The notes: generated from the letters alone by a model not told the origin. Shown: positions 28,527 through 38,207, counted from the first letter of the stretch. The stretch is DNA of 64,000 nt from Candidatus Marinacidobacterium sp. (GCA_965220965.1 CBDCRI010000001.1:32001-96000), one strand, 5' to 3'. Numbers and translations: made by a program.

Positions 28527-30077
28527 TCACCACCCGGCGATGCTCATCTGCAGCAGCATCAGGGTCTCCACCACGCGGCCCTCCTTGGAGCCGGTCCGGC
28601 CCCAGCGCCCGATGCCGGCGATGCGCGTCGCCGAGTCGAGCACCGTCCGGCGGGCGATGTTGGTCGCCAGCTTCGGCTCGCCCGAGGCCAGGTTCATGCT
28701 GATCAGGTGGTTCGGCCCGCTGATCGTCGGCAGCGTCAGGAAGTCCTCGCCGATGGTGACCCGCTCCAGCGCCGTCAGCTCGGCCAGCGACAGCGCGATC
28801 TGCAGGTGCCCCTCGTCGTCCTGCAGGGTCGGCAGGATCGAGAGGGCCACCCCCTCCTTGACCTGCTTGATCTCCACCTCCGGGCTCTGCGGCACCGTGA
28901 AGTCGGACCGGCGGGGATAGGTGATCTTGGCCACGTAATCGCGGGTGCGCACGTCCTCGATGTTCGCCACCTGGCCGTTGATCACCTCCAGCGAGAACTC
29001 CGACACGATGGCGGCGTCGGAGAAGGTGCGCAGGGCGTCTAGCAGGCCGTTCACCGTGGCGCTCCACGAGGGGCGCTCCGCGGTGCCGGTGAGGATGTAC
29101 TGGGAGGGCGCGGCCAGGCCGCTGACCTCGCCGGCCTGGGTCAGCGCGCCCTCCGCCGCCGCGTCGGCCGCCCCCGCCAGCGGGCCGAAGCTCAGCCCCT
29201 CGCGGCCCGCCCCCCAGATGCGCGACAGGTTGGCGTCCACGTCGATGCGGGTGGCGGACCGCTCGTCGCTGCGCACCTCGTAGAGCACGATCTGGACGTA
29301 GGCGCGCCGGGCGACGGCGGCGTTGTGGCGGGCGACCAGCCGGCGCGCCTCGCGCACCAGGCTCGGCGAGCCGCGCACCACGATCGAGCGGCTGCCCTCG
29401 GGGAACAGGAACTGGAAGCGCTTGCGGTCCACGCTGCGGGCGGCCGCCGCCGTCCGCCGGGCGCGCTCCTCGATCGCCCCCAGCGCCGCTTCCAGGTCGG
29501 CCAGGGCCGAGCCGTCGAGGGACACCGAGGCGCCCTGGGCGCCGGACGAGACGTCGTTCAGGCTGTTCAGGGTCAGCGAGGCGCTGCGGGTGCCCAGCGG
29601 GCTCTTCAAGGGCAGCACGTCGGACTCCTCGGCGGTGACCGTCAGGTGCGCGTCGCGCACCGTGTAGGCCCAGTCGAGCTGCGCCAGCAGGGCGTCGAGG
29701 GCGTCCGCCACCGTGAACACCCCGGGATTGCCGAGCACCGCGCCGCTCACCTCGCGGGCCTCGGGCGGGTCGTCGCCGCGGGCCTCCGGGTCGAGCGACC
29801 AGGTGGCGTCGACCAGCATCAGGTCGAGCAGGGTGTCGAGCGCCAGCCGGCCGGCCGGCGCCAGCCCGTGCTGGCGCAGCAGCCACGGCGGGGAGTCGCG
29901 CCGCAGCACCAGCTTGGGCGGCGTGACGCTGCCCATCTCCACGTGCCCGCCCCAGGCGTCGCGGGCCTCGCGCATCTCGGCGGCCGCCCCTTGCGTCTGC
30001 GAGGGCCGGTTCGGGTCGACGGCGCAGCCGGCCAGGCCGCAGAGCGCCGCCGCCCAAAGCAGGGCGCGCGCGCTCAC
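28527..30077 (-). CDS. pilN: PilN-like secretin lipoprotein
   Basis: Lipobox LAGC; secretin-type VINGQVA..YVAKI, EGVALSILP, LTLP. Confidence 0.75.
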   Translation of the reverse strand: MSARALLWAAALCGLAGCAVDPNRPSQTQGAAAEMREARDAWGGHVEMGSVTPPKLVLRRDSPPWLLRQHGLAPAGRLALDTLLDLMLVDATWSLDPEARGDDPPEAREVSGAVLGNPGVFTVADALDALLAQLDWAYTVRDAHLTVTAEESDVLPLKSPLGTRSASLTLNSLNDVSSGAQGASVSLDGSALADLEAALGAIEERARRTAAAARSVDRKRFQFLFPEGSRSIVVRGSPSLVREARRLVARHNAAVARRAYVQIVLYEVRSDERSATRIDVDANLSRIWGAGREGLSFGPLAGAADAAAEGALTQAGEVSGLAAPSQYILTGTAERPSWSATVNGLLDALRTFSDAAIVSEFSLEVINGQVANIEDVRTRDYVAKITYPRRSDFTVPQSPEVEIKQVKEGVALSILPTLQDDEGHLQIALSLAELTALERVTIGEDFLTLPTISGPNHLISMNLASGEPKLATNIARRTVLDSATRIAGIGRWGRTGSKEGRVVETLMLLQMSIAGW

Positions 30078-31360
30078 CGCCCGCCCCCCGCGGCCGGCCG
30101 CGCCAGCCTGGCGCCCTGGGCGGGCTGGAAGTCCAGGGTGCGGTCGAGCGCGTTGACGCGGATGTGGAAGCCGAACAGGCGCCCCAGGTCACGCAGCATG
30201 GCGGTCAGGTCCGGCGGCGACAGGTGCAGCGCGGAGCGCCGCACCTCGTAGTCGAAGCGCGGGTTGCCGTCGCCGTCCATGGCCTCCAGCTCGTTGTGGC
30301 CGAACCGCCAGCGCCCGACCGAGTGCCGGTAGTCCGAGGCGATGGCGCCGATGGCCTCGCGCAGCGACCCCCGGGGGGCCATGATGGGGTAGAGCATCTG
30401 CGGGCCCGGCACGCCGGCCGGCCGGTCCACGTCGAGCTCCAGCCAGCGCCCGCGCTCGCGCCCGCGGCCGCCGACGCGCTCCAGCAGGCGCGCCATCCAG
30501 TCGCAGACGGTGTGCGGCGCGGCGCCGGCGGCGCCGCCGGCCCCGATGTCCAGCCCGGCGATGCCGGAGCCGTCGAGAGCGGCGATGAAGTCGGCGGACA
30601 CCCGCATCGGGATGTCCGACACGGTGCGGAACCGGTCGAGGAGCAGCCATGAGGGGGTGGGGCGCTCGGCGATGGCGTAGGCGTTCAGCTCGGCGGCGCT
30701 GCGCTGCCAGCGCGGCGCCAGCAGGTCGCCGTCGAGCCGCGCCGCGCAGGCGAGGGCGCCGCCCGGCGCGCGCCCGCCCGGCGGGCCGGCGACGCTGACG
30801 CGCTCCCTGCCCAGCGGCCGCGGGGGCTCCACCGCGGGGCCGACCCGGCCGGTGCCCGGCTTGGTGGGGGCCTCGAGGACGTCGCTGACGCGGCCCTCGC
30901 CGTAGGGCGACTCGCTGCCCCCGGGATCCTTGCCGACCGGCCAGGCCTCGTCCCACTCGTCGCGCCCGTCGGCGCCCCGGACGTCCTCCCGGGCCGCCGC
31001 GGCGCCGCCCGCGCCCTCGACTTCCGGCCCCTCGGCCCGCTCGCCGTCCGCGGGGCCGGGGTCCTTGCCGACCGGCCAGCCGTCGTCCCACTCGTCGCTC
31101 GCCGGGCCGGCGGCCAAGCCGACGAAGCGGATGCGGTCGCGGCCCGACTCGCCGGGCCGGCGCTGGCCCTCGGAGCCGGCGGCGGCGGGCGCCGAGGCCA
31201 GCGCCACGAAGCCGCCGTCGGGCGGCGGCCCGAGCGCCAGGCAGGCCTGCGCCGACTCGCTCCACAAGCCCCCGGGGCAGCGCCCGTCGGGGCCCGGCTG
31301 CGCCGCCGCGGACGCCGCCAGCAGGGCGGCCAGAGCGGCGGCGGCCCGAGGCGCGCTCAC
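30074..31360 (-). CDS. Secreted PilL-like protein
   Basis: Signal peptide; C-terminal GSLREAI..DYEV TcpQ-like region; upstream of the secretin. Confidence 0.5.
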   Translation of the reverse strand: MSAPRAAAALAALLAASAAAQPGPDGRCPGGLWSESAQACLALGPPPDGGFVALASAPAAAGSEGQRRPGESGRDRIRFVGLAAGPASDEWDDGWPVGKDPGPADGERAEGPEVEGAGGAAAAREDVRGADGRDEWDEAWPVGKDPGGSESPYGEGRVSDVLEAPTKPGTGRVGPAVEPPRPLGRERVSVAGPPGGRAPGGALACAARLDGDLLAPRWQRSAAELNAYAIAERPTPSWLLLDRFRTVSDIPMRVSADFIAALDGSGIAGLDIGAGGAAGAAPHTVCDWMARLLERVGGRGRERGRWLELDVDRPAGVPGPQMLYPIMAPRGSLREAIGAIASDYRHSVGRWRFGHNELEAMDGDGNPRFDYEVRRSALHLSPPDLTAMLRDLGRLFGFHIRVNALDRTLDFQPAQGARLARPAAGGGR

Positions 31361-32199
31361 GGGGCGGGCTCCGGAGGGAACCCGTCGGCCGGGTCGATGG
31401 CGAACAGGCGCCAGGCGTCCGGCTCGGCGAACGCCGACCTCGACCGGATGCTGTGCCGCTCGGTGACCTCGGCCAGCACGGCGCCGTCGATGCGCGCGTG
31501 GATGACCTCGCCCTCGACCTCCGGCGGCGAGATGCGCCCCTCGAGGAGCAGGCGCAGGTAGCGCACGCGGCCGGCGTAGGCGCCCTGCAGGCCGGTCATC
31601 CGCGAGACCATCTCGTAGCGGGCCTGGGCGGTGCCGGCGTCCCAGCCCTCGCGGGCGCCGGCCTCCCACTGGCGCCGCTCCCAGCGCCCCTTGGGCAGCT
31701 GCGAGGGGTGCGGGTCGGCGACCGAGGCGCGGTCGCTGAGGATCAGCCAGCTGCGCCAGTTGGGCGGCTGCGGCACCAGCCGGGCCGGCTCGGCGATCTC
31801 CCAGACGCCGCTCTCGCGCACGATGCGGGTGCCGTCGGGCAGCGCGTCCGTGCGCTCGTCCATGTGGCGGACGGCCGGCGGCAGCAGGTGCGCGCCGCGG
31901 TCCTGCTGCGGAAACGCCTTCATCAGCAGCCCGAAGTCGTAGACCTTGTCGATCTCCGGGCCGTGGGCGATGAGCTCGGCCTCCAGGCGGCGCATCTCCC
32001 GGTCCCAGGCGTGCTGCGCCGCGAACCGGAAGGCGCGCCCGCGCACCGCCTCCCCGCGGGCGACCCGCCCGGGATCCTCCTGGGCGGCCGTGCCCGCGTG
32101 CATGGCGACGATCTCCCGCAGGGTGCGCTCCGCGCCGACGGCGGGCGCCGCCAGGGCCAGCGCCACGGGCAGCAGCAGGCGGGCGAGCCGGACCCTCAC
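31357..32199 (-). CDS. dotC: DotC/TraI family protein
   Basis: IDKVYDFGLLM, LLPPAV, IAEPARLVPQPPNWRSWL, W..G..EGW..G, GRVRY..L..G.ISPP. Confidence 0.88.
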   Translation of the reverse strand: MRVRLARLLLPVALALAAPAVGAERTLREIVAMHAGTAAQEDPGRVARGEAVRGRAFRFAAQHAWDREMRRLEAELIAHGPEIDKVYDFGLLMKAFPQQDRGAHLLPPAVRHMDERTDALPDGTRIVRESGVWEIAEPARLVPQPPNWRSWLILSDRASVADPHPSQLPKGRWERRQWEAGAREGWDAGTAQARYEMVSRMTGLQGAYAGRVRYLRLLLEGRISPPEVEGEVIHARIDGAVLAEVTERHSIRSRSAFAEPDAWRLFAIDPADGFPPEPAP

Positions 32200-32693
32200 G
32201 GCGCCGCCAGCACCTGGAAGCGGATCACGCGGGCGGCGGGGTAGACCTGGATCTCGGCGAGGTCGCCGGTCTGCGCGCCGAGCTCCCGCAGCGCCACCAT
32301 CAGCGGCTGCCCGCGCAGGTCGATCGACGCCCACAGGTCGGGCGGGCTGCCGTGCCCGTCCTCGACGTAGTGGTACCCGCTCAGCTTCGCGATCACGCGG
32401 GTGGCGTGCGCCGCCGGCCCGGAGTACTTGAGGTCCACGCGGCGCCCGAACCCGGGCGGCACGGAGGTGGCCTGGAAGCGCCGCTGCAGGCGCTGCTCGG
32501 GCGTCAGGCTGGGGCTGCGGTAGGCGGTGGCGATCTCGGAGAGCTGGCGCACGTCCTCGCGGGCGGCCGCCGCCATCGCGCTGAAGTGCGCCATGGGGTC
32601 GTCCGGAGGGGGCGGGGCGGGGCGCTTGAGCGCGCAGCCCGCCAGGGCCGGGAGCAGGGCGCACCACAGGAGCAGCCTGGACAGCCCGCTCAC
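32196..32693 (-). CDS. dotD: DotD/TraH family lipoprotein
   Basis: Lipobox LAGC; VDLKYSGP..IAKLSGY and LRELGAQTGDLAEI; adjacent to dotC. Confidence 0.85.
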   Translation of the reverse strand: MSGLSRLLLWCALLPALAGCALKRPAPPPPDDPMAHFSAMAAAAREDVRQLSEIATAYRSPSLTPEQRLQRRFQATSVPPGFGRRVDLKYSGPAAHATRVIAKLSGYHYVEDGHGSPPDLWASIDLRGQPLMVALRELGAQTGDLAEIQVYPAARVIRFQVLAAP

Positions 32694-33214
32694 TGGGCCG
32701 CGGCCGCGCCGGACGACGCGGTCTCGATGCGCGCCAGGCTGAAGTCCATGGCCCGCAGCGTGCGGGCGCCCTTGTCGATCACGGCGTGCACGGCCGCGTC
32801 GCGCCGCGCCGCCGGGTCGAGCTGGGCCGCGTACCAGGCGATGTCCATGGCGTCGCGCACCGCCCCGATCATCTGCGCGACCAGCTCCGGGTCGTCGGCG
32901 AACAGCGGCACCAGGCGCAGCGCCCGCTGCGCCACCTCCTGGGGGAGCTCGCCGTAGTCGGGGTGGCGCTCCTCGATCCGCCCCCAGGGCGCCGCCGCGC
33001 CGCCCTGCGCCATCAGGGCCTCGACCTGCGAGGCCAGCTCCACGAGCTCCAGGTAGGTGGGGTCGTCCGGGTCCGGCGCGGCCTCCCCGCGGCTCGCGGC
33101 GAAGGACTCGCTGGCCTCGATCAGCGAGGCCAGCGCCTGCTGGCCGCCGAACAGCATCCCCATGGCCGGCCACGCGGCCAGCGAGATGTCCAGTTCGTCC
33201 GAGGCGCCCGTCAT
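32690..33214 (-). CDS. Possible IcmW-like adaptor
   Basis: 174-aa acidic helical protein; LIEASESFA and C-terminal FSLARI resemble IcmW as recalled; first gene of a dot operon. Confidence 0.45.
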   Translation of the reverse strand: MTGASDELDISLAAWPAMGMLFGGQQALASLIEASESFAASRGEAAPDPDDPTYLELVELASQVEALMAQGGAAAPWGRIEERHPDYGELPQEVAQRALRLVPLFADDPELVAQMIGAVRDAMDIAWYAAQLDPAARRDAAVHAVIDKGARTLRAMDFSLARIETASSGAAAAQ

Positions 33215-33244
33215 GCCGCAACCCGATGAGGAGAGGGGCCGTCA

Positions 33245-33273
33245 AAAATATGCGCCCCACCCACGTAAGTCAA
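33245..33273 (-). promoter_or_regulatory. Sigma70-type promoter of the icmW-dotD-dotC-pil operon
   Basis: TTGACT-17 bp-TATTTT on the minus strand. Confidence 0.55.
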
Positions 33274-33387
33274 GCGGGGCGCCGGACCCCGCCCGGCCGC
33301 GGCGCGCGCCCCTTGCAAACCCCGCCGAACGTGCGACGATGGGCCGCCCGCCAAGCCCGAGCCGCGCCCCATGCCGCGTCCGACCCC

Positions 33388-34767
33388 GTGCCCCCGAGCG
33401 ACCCCGCGGACCCGCGCCCGCTGAAGGTCCCGCCGCACTCCGTCGAGGCGGAGCAGTCGGTGCTCGGCAGCCTCATGCTGAAGCCCGACGCCTGGATCGA
33501 CGTCATCGACATCCTCAGCGCCGGCGACTTCTACCGCTTCGAGCACAAGACCGTCTTCGAGGCCATGGAGCGGCTGTGGCGCGGCGACAGCCCCATCGAC
33601 GCCCTCACCGTGGCCGAGGCCCTGTCCTCCAAGGGGCAGCTCGACCGGATCGGCGGGGCCGCCTTCCTGGCCGAGCTGGTCGAGACCACCCCGGGCACGG
33701 CCAACGCCCCCGCCTACGCGCGCATCGTGCGCGAGCGCGCCACCCTGCGGCAGCTCATCCGCGCCGGCCAGCAGATCGCCGAGTCCGGCTTCCAGCCGGA
33801 CGGACGCGGCGCCGGCGAGCTCCTGGAGGAGGCCGAGCGCGCCGTGTTCGCCATCGCCGAGGGGCGCAGCGCCGACGGCGGGCCGCAGCCCATCACGCCC
33901 ATGCTGAACGCCGCGGCCGACGAGCTGCGCCGGCTGCACGAGAGCAAGGGCCAGCTGCCGGGCCTGCCGAGCGGGTTCGAGGACCTGGACAGGATGACGG
34001 CGGGCTTCAAGGACTCGGACCTGATCGTCATCGCCGGGCGCCCCTCCATGGGCAAGACGGCCTTCGCCATGAACATCGTCGAGTACGCGGTGGTGCAGTG
34101 CGGCAGGCCGAGCGTGGTGTTCAGCCTGGAGATGGCCGGGGAGCAGCTGGTGCTGCGCCTGCTCTCCTCCCTGGCGCACATCGACCAGAGCCGCATGCGC
34201 ATCGGCGAGCTCAACGACCGGGACTGGGAGAGCTTCAGCCGCGAGGTGGGGCGGTTGAGGGACCGGCCGCTCTACATCGACGACACGCCGGCGCTCACCC
34301 CCGGCGAGCTGCGGGCGCGGGCGCGCCGCGTGTCGCGGGAGGCGGGGGGCCTCGGCCTGATCGCCGTGGACTACCTGCAGCTGATGAGGGTCGCCGGCTC
34401 GCCGGAGAACCGCACCAACGAGATCTCCGAGATCTCCCGCTCCCTCAAGGCCCTGGCCAAGGAGATGCGCTGCCCGGTGCTGGCCCTCTCGCAGCTCAAC
34501 CGCGACGTGGAGAGGCGGCAGAACAAGCGGCCCATGATGGCCGACCTGCGCGACTCCGGCGCCATCGAGCAGGACGCCGACCTGATCCTGTTCATCTACC
34601 GCGACGAGGTGTACAACGAGGGCTCGCCGGACAAGGGCATCGCCGAGATCAACATCGGCAAGCAGCGCAACGGCGTCACCGGCACCGTGCGCCTCAGCTT
34701 CCTCGGCGAGCTGACGAAGTTCGAGAGCAAGGCGCCGGACCGCTACGACGACCTGCAGCAGACCTAG
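33388..34767 (+). CDS. dnaB: Replicative DNA helicase
   Basis: PPHSVEAEQSVLG, AGRPSMGKT, FSLEM, VDYLQLM, LSQLNR, DLRDSGAIEQDAD, KQRNG; start uncertain (GTG 33388). Confidence 0.96.
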   Translation: MPPSDPADPRPLKVPPHSVEAEQSVLGSLMLKPDAWIDVIDILSAGDFYRFEHKTVFEAMERLWRGDSPIDALTVAEALSSKGQLDRIGGAAFLAELVETTPGTANAPAYARIVRERATLRQLIRAGQQIAESGFQPDGRGAGELLEEAERAVFAIAEGRSADGGPQPITPMLNAAADELRRLHESKGQLPGLPSGFEDLDRMTAGFKDSDLIVIAGRPSMGKTAFAMNIVEYAVVQCGRPSVVFSLEMAGEQLVLRLLSSLAHIDQSRMRIGELNDRDWESFSREVGRLRDRPLYIDDTPALTPGELRARARRVSREAGGLGLIAVDYLQLMRVAGSPENRTNEISEISRSLKALAKEMRCPVLALSQLNRDVERRQNKRPMMADLRDSGAIEQDADLILFIYRDEVYNEGSPDKGIAEINIGKQRNGVTGTVRLSFLGELTKFESKAPDRYDDLQQT

Positions 34768-34796
34768 CCGGCGGCCGCTGGGGGCCGGCCGCCGGG
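34768..34796. terminator. GC hairpin between convergent genes
   Basis: CCGGCGGCCG-N8-CGGCCGCCGG directly after the dnaB stop; no U-tract. Confidence 0.35.
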
Positions 34797-34880
34797 CGGC
34801 GCGGGAGCGAAGGCCCATCTGACGGTCGCGGCCTTGGCGGAAGCGTCGGCCGTCCCGGCGCCAATGGCCCCGAAGGAGCG

Positions 34881-35642
34881 CTACGGAGAGAGCGAGATCA
34901 CGTCGGCGGCCTCGACCACCTTGACCGGCTTTCCTAGCATTCTGGAAGTGTCCACGGTCAGGACGTCGCCGACGGCGACGTTGGTGGACGGCGTCACCAC
35001 CTCGTAGGCCTGGCCGCCGTAGGAGAAGCTGACCAGGGTGGCCGGCACGTGGCGCGTCTGCGTGGCCTGCTGCTGGCCGGGGGGGCAGGGGTCGCCGTCG
35101 CGCCGGGCCATGTGGTCCTGCTCGGCCAGGCGCCGGTTGCGGCGCCCCTCCTGCATCTGGTCGCCGACCACCGCGCCGACCGCGCCGCTCAGCACCCGGC
35201 CGACGCCGTCAACGCCGGCGGCGTTGGCGACCGCCACGCCGGCCCCGCCGCCGAGCACGCGCCCGACCCAGTTGCGGGCCAGGCGCTCCTCGGCGATGCC
35301 GGCCAGCCGCTCGTCCCTGACGCAGACCGTCGAGTGCACCGCGCGGTCCACCAGCTGCGCCCCCTCGACGCGCAGGCGGACCTGCTCCGCGCTGGCGGCC
35401 ACCGGGGCCATGGCGGCGCCGGCCACGGTCATTGCGGCGACCGTCGCCTTGACGTTGGCCGCCGGGAGCGCGCTGACCTTGGCGGCCAGGGCGCTGGCGC
35501 GCCGCTCCACCTCATCGGCCGCCGCGGCGAGCTTCGGGTCGACCGCCGCGCGCATCTGGCGGATGACCGCCCTCGATCGGCCGCGCAGCTCCGCCATCTC
35601 CTGGCGGGCGAATGCCTTAAGGTCTTCTCGGGACATGCTCAT
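34881..35642 (-). CDS. Glycine-zipper 2TM (YcfJ-like) protein
   Basis: GRVLGGGAGVAV..GAVGAVVGDQM; GGAG RBS and TATAAT upstream. Confidence 0.7.
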   Translation of the reverse strand: MSMSREDLKAFARQEMAELRGRSRAVIRQMRAAVDPKLAAAADEVERRASALAAKVSALPAANVKATVAAMTVAGAAMAPVAASAEQVRLRVEGAQLVDRAVHSTVCVRDERLAGIAEERLARNWVGRVLGGGAGVAVANAAGVDGVGRVLSGAVGAVVGDQMQEGRRNRRLAEQDHMARRDGDPCPPGQQQATQTRHVPATLVSFSYGGQAYEVVTPSTNVAVGDVLTVDTSRMLGKPVKVVEAADVISLSP

Positions 35643-35735
35643 GGCCATTCTCCGTGTTCGATTTGTGGGCACGGCTCCATTATAGCGGCCCGGCGGGATT
35701 CGGGTCCCCGAACGCCGCTTGCCGGGCGACGGCCC

Positions 35736-36098
35736 CTACCAGGGGAAGACGGTCTCGAACAGGCGGCCGTTGCCCCACGCGACCGCAAGGTGCCACAGCG
35801 TGAGCACCCCCTGCTGCACCAGCAGCAGGGTCCACAGGTTGTTGAGAACGATGCAGACCAGGTGCACCGGGAAGCGGTGGGAGGGCGCGGTGAGCAGGGT
35901 CTCGTCGAAGGCGGGCACGAACCAGCGCGCCGGCGCCCATTGCGGCGTGGTGGAGCGCACCATCCGGTCCACGAAGTCCGCCCCTCTCCGCATGTCCCGG
36001 CCCTCGCCGGGCCTCACCGTGCCCGCCTGGGCGGCGCCCCCGTTCGCCACGGGGGCGTTGCGAGCCTGCGCGACCTGCCGTTCCCCGTCGTTCATCAT
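35736..36098 (-). CDS. Hypothetical protein
   Basis: 120-aa ORF downstream of an extended -10 (TGGTATAAT, about 36130-36138). Confidence 0.5.
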   Translation of the reverse strand: MMNDGERQVAQARNAPVANGGAAQAGTVRPGEGRDMRRGADFVDRMVRSTTPQWAPARWFVPAFDETLLTAPSHRFPVHLVCIVLNNLWTLLLVQQGVLTLWHLAVAWGNGRLFETVFPW

Positions 36099-36290
36099 GG
36101 CGTTCCGTCCGCCGCTTGCTTGCGGTTGGATTATACCATGCCCCGAAAGCCGCCTCGGCAGCGCGGCGCGGCCCGGCGGAAGGCCCAGCCGGGGCCGGGC
36201 CGGGGGCGGCGCAGCTATAATGGCCGCAGGCCCGGGGAGAGCGGCGGGGCGCCCCGGGGCAGGCCGACGCCCCGCGCCAAGGAGGAACCC

Positions 36291-37118
36291 ATGGCCCATC
36301 GGATCGCGACGCCGGACGGCACCGAGGTCGCCGCCCTGGACCGGCTGTCCGGGGAGGCCCTGTGGAAGTGCCTGGTCACCCGGCCGGAAGGGGCCTGCGG
36401 CCCGCCCGCGGCGGTGGAGGCGATCGGCGGGGAGGGCGGCTTCCGCGCCTTCGAGTCGGCCGGCCGCGGCGCGGTCCGCGACGTCACCGACGAGTACGTG
36501 CGCGACGCCGCCGGGTTCTCGGCCGCGGTCCGCGCGGTCCGCGCGGCGTTCCCGGGCATCACGCTCAGCTACCGGATCGGCGGCGAGGGACTGCGGCACG
36601 GCCAGGCCGCCATTCCCGCCGGGCACGAGGCCTGGCGGCGGCTGCACTTCGCGTCGATCTTCGCCGACGAGAAGCTCTGCCGGCGCCTGCCCCTGCACCT
36701 CGCCGATTGCGTCCGCTTCGACGGGGCGGCCGGCGCGCTGGCGCTGCAGCTGTCGGACGACGACCTGCTGCGGGCGGCGCACGGCGAGCTGTACGCGGCG
36801 GTCGAGCGGGCCGTTCGGCAGGAGAGGCGGGTCGAGCGGGCGAAGGGCGCCCGCCAGGCGGCGCGCTCGGCCCCGCTGAGCCCCGAGTTCAGCGACCGCG
36901 TGCATGGCCTGGTGGAGGCGGCGCGCCGGTCCCTGCCGAGGCTGCGCGGCGAGGTCGCGCAGGCGATCGAGGCGGTGGCCGCTCCCCTGGGGTTCGCCCT
37001 GCGGCCCCACCCCGGCGACCCGCACCGGACGCTGCTCGCCGAGGGCGGCGGCCCCGCCGCGGCGACGGCCGCAGGCCCCGGGGGCAGGGCCGCCGGGCCG
37101 ACGGGCGGACCGCCCTAG
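36291..37118 (+). CDS. Hypothetical protein
   Basis: GGAGGA RBS; TATAAT at about 36216. Confidence 0.7.
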   Translation: MAHRIATPDGTEVAALDRLSGEALWKCLVTRPEGACGPPAAVEAIGGEGGFRAFESAGRGAVRDVTDEYVRDAAGFSAAVRAVRAAFPGITLSYRIGGEGLRHGQAAIPAGHEAWRRLHFASIFADEKLCRRLPLHLADCVRFDGAAGALALQLSDDDLLRAAHGELYAAVERAVRQERRVERAKGARQAARSAPLSPEFSDRVHGLVEAARRSLPRLRGEVAQAIEAVAAPLGFALRPHPGDPHRTLLAEGGGPAAATAAGPGGRAAGPTGGPP

Positions 37119-37180
37119 CGGCCCGCAACGCCCCAAGGGGGGCAAGCGCGCGACCGCGCACAGGAGCCAAGGAGAGCGGC

Positions 37181-37639
37181 ATGGGCACCAGAAGCCGAAT
37201 CGGGAGGGAGCTTCCCGATGGCCGGATCGAGCACGTCTTCTGCCAGTTCGACGGCTACCCGCAGCGTCCCGGGGCCGGCTGGGTGCTGCTGAACCACTTC
37301 CAGGACCCCGACAGGGCCGCCCGGCTGATCGACGGGGGCAGCCTCGCCTCGATGACCGACCCGGAGGCCAGGCCCAACCCCTCGCGCCACCCACCGGGCT
37401 CGGCGCTGTGGAGGGGTCCGGCGACGGCCTTGGACCGCGACGACCTGGTCTCGCGCAAGGAGGACGCGGAGTTCCTGTACCTGCTGACCCGGGAGGGGCG
37501 GTGGCTGTGCCACGGACGCTGGCCCGGGGAGGGCTGCGCGTGGCGCGACCTGGCGCAGTGCATCGAGCGCCTCGACGCCGAACGGCGGGCGGCGCGGGCG
37601 CCTTCGGCCGCGGGGCGCGGCGGCCCGTCCTCGAGCTAG
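37181..37639 (+). CDS. Conserved phage/plasmid-type hypothetical protein (MxTRS..DGYP family)
   Basis: MGTRSRIG..FCQFDGYP..G..L..HF..LID.G.L and EFLYL..W; AGGAG RBS. Confidence 0.75.
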   Translation: MGTRSRIGRELPDGRIEHVFCQFDGYPQRPGAGWVLLNHFQDPDRAARLIDGGSLASMTDPEARPNPSRHPPGSALWRGPATALDRDDLVSRKEDAEFLYLLTREGRWLCHGRWPGEGCAWRDLAQCIERLDAERRAARAPSAAGRGGPSSS

Positions 37640-37706
37640 GGGCGTTGCGGGGCGCGCCGCCGGGCGCGGGGTCTATCGGGTCAGGGCAATGGTATAATAC
37701 GAAGCC

Positions 37707-38207
37707 ATGGACGCCCGCCCGAGAAACGCCGCCCCGCCCCCGCGGCCGCTGGCCCGCCTGCTGCTTCGGCTGGCCGGCCTGTGGCCCTTCCAGGACACCC
37801 TGCCGGCCGCGCGCAACGGGGCCGGGCTCTACGCCTGGCGGCTGTTCGCGCTGCCCCCGGAATGGTCGGCCCGGGTGGGGAACGTGAAGCTGGTCAACTA
37901 CCAGTCCGGCGACGGGCCGACCCCGCACTGCCACCCCTGCTGGATGCTGTGCGTCACGCTTTGCGGGTCGGCGGTGGAGACGCTGTTCCGGCGCGGCCCC
38001 GACGGGCGCCCGCAGGTGGCCGAGCGCAAGCCGCTCGCCCGCATCCGCCTGTACAGGGCGGACGCCGAATTCCTGCACACCATCAACGACCCGCAGGGCC
38101 TCTGGACGCTGGCCGTGCGCGGTCCCAGGCGGCGCGCCTGGGGCTTCGTGCTCGCCGACGGCACCTGGGTCCACCACCTCGACCACAAGCGCGAGGCCGC
38201 GGCCTGA
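37707..38207 (+). CDS. Cupin-like protein of phage type
   Basis: PHCHPCW..L.G...E, H.I and WTL..RGPRRRAWGF motifs. Confidence 0.7.
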   Translation: MDARPRNAAPPPRPLARLLLRLAGLWPFQDTLPAARNGAGLYAWRLFALPPEWSARVGNVKLVNYQSGDGPTPHCHPCWMLCVTLCGSAVETLFRRGPDGRPQVAERKPLARIRLYRADAEFLHTINDPQGLWTLAVRGPRRRAWGFVLADGTWVHHLDHKREAAA

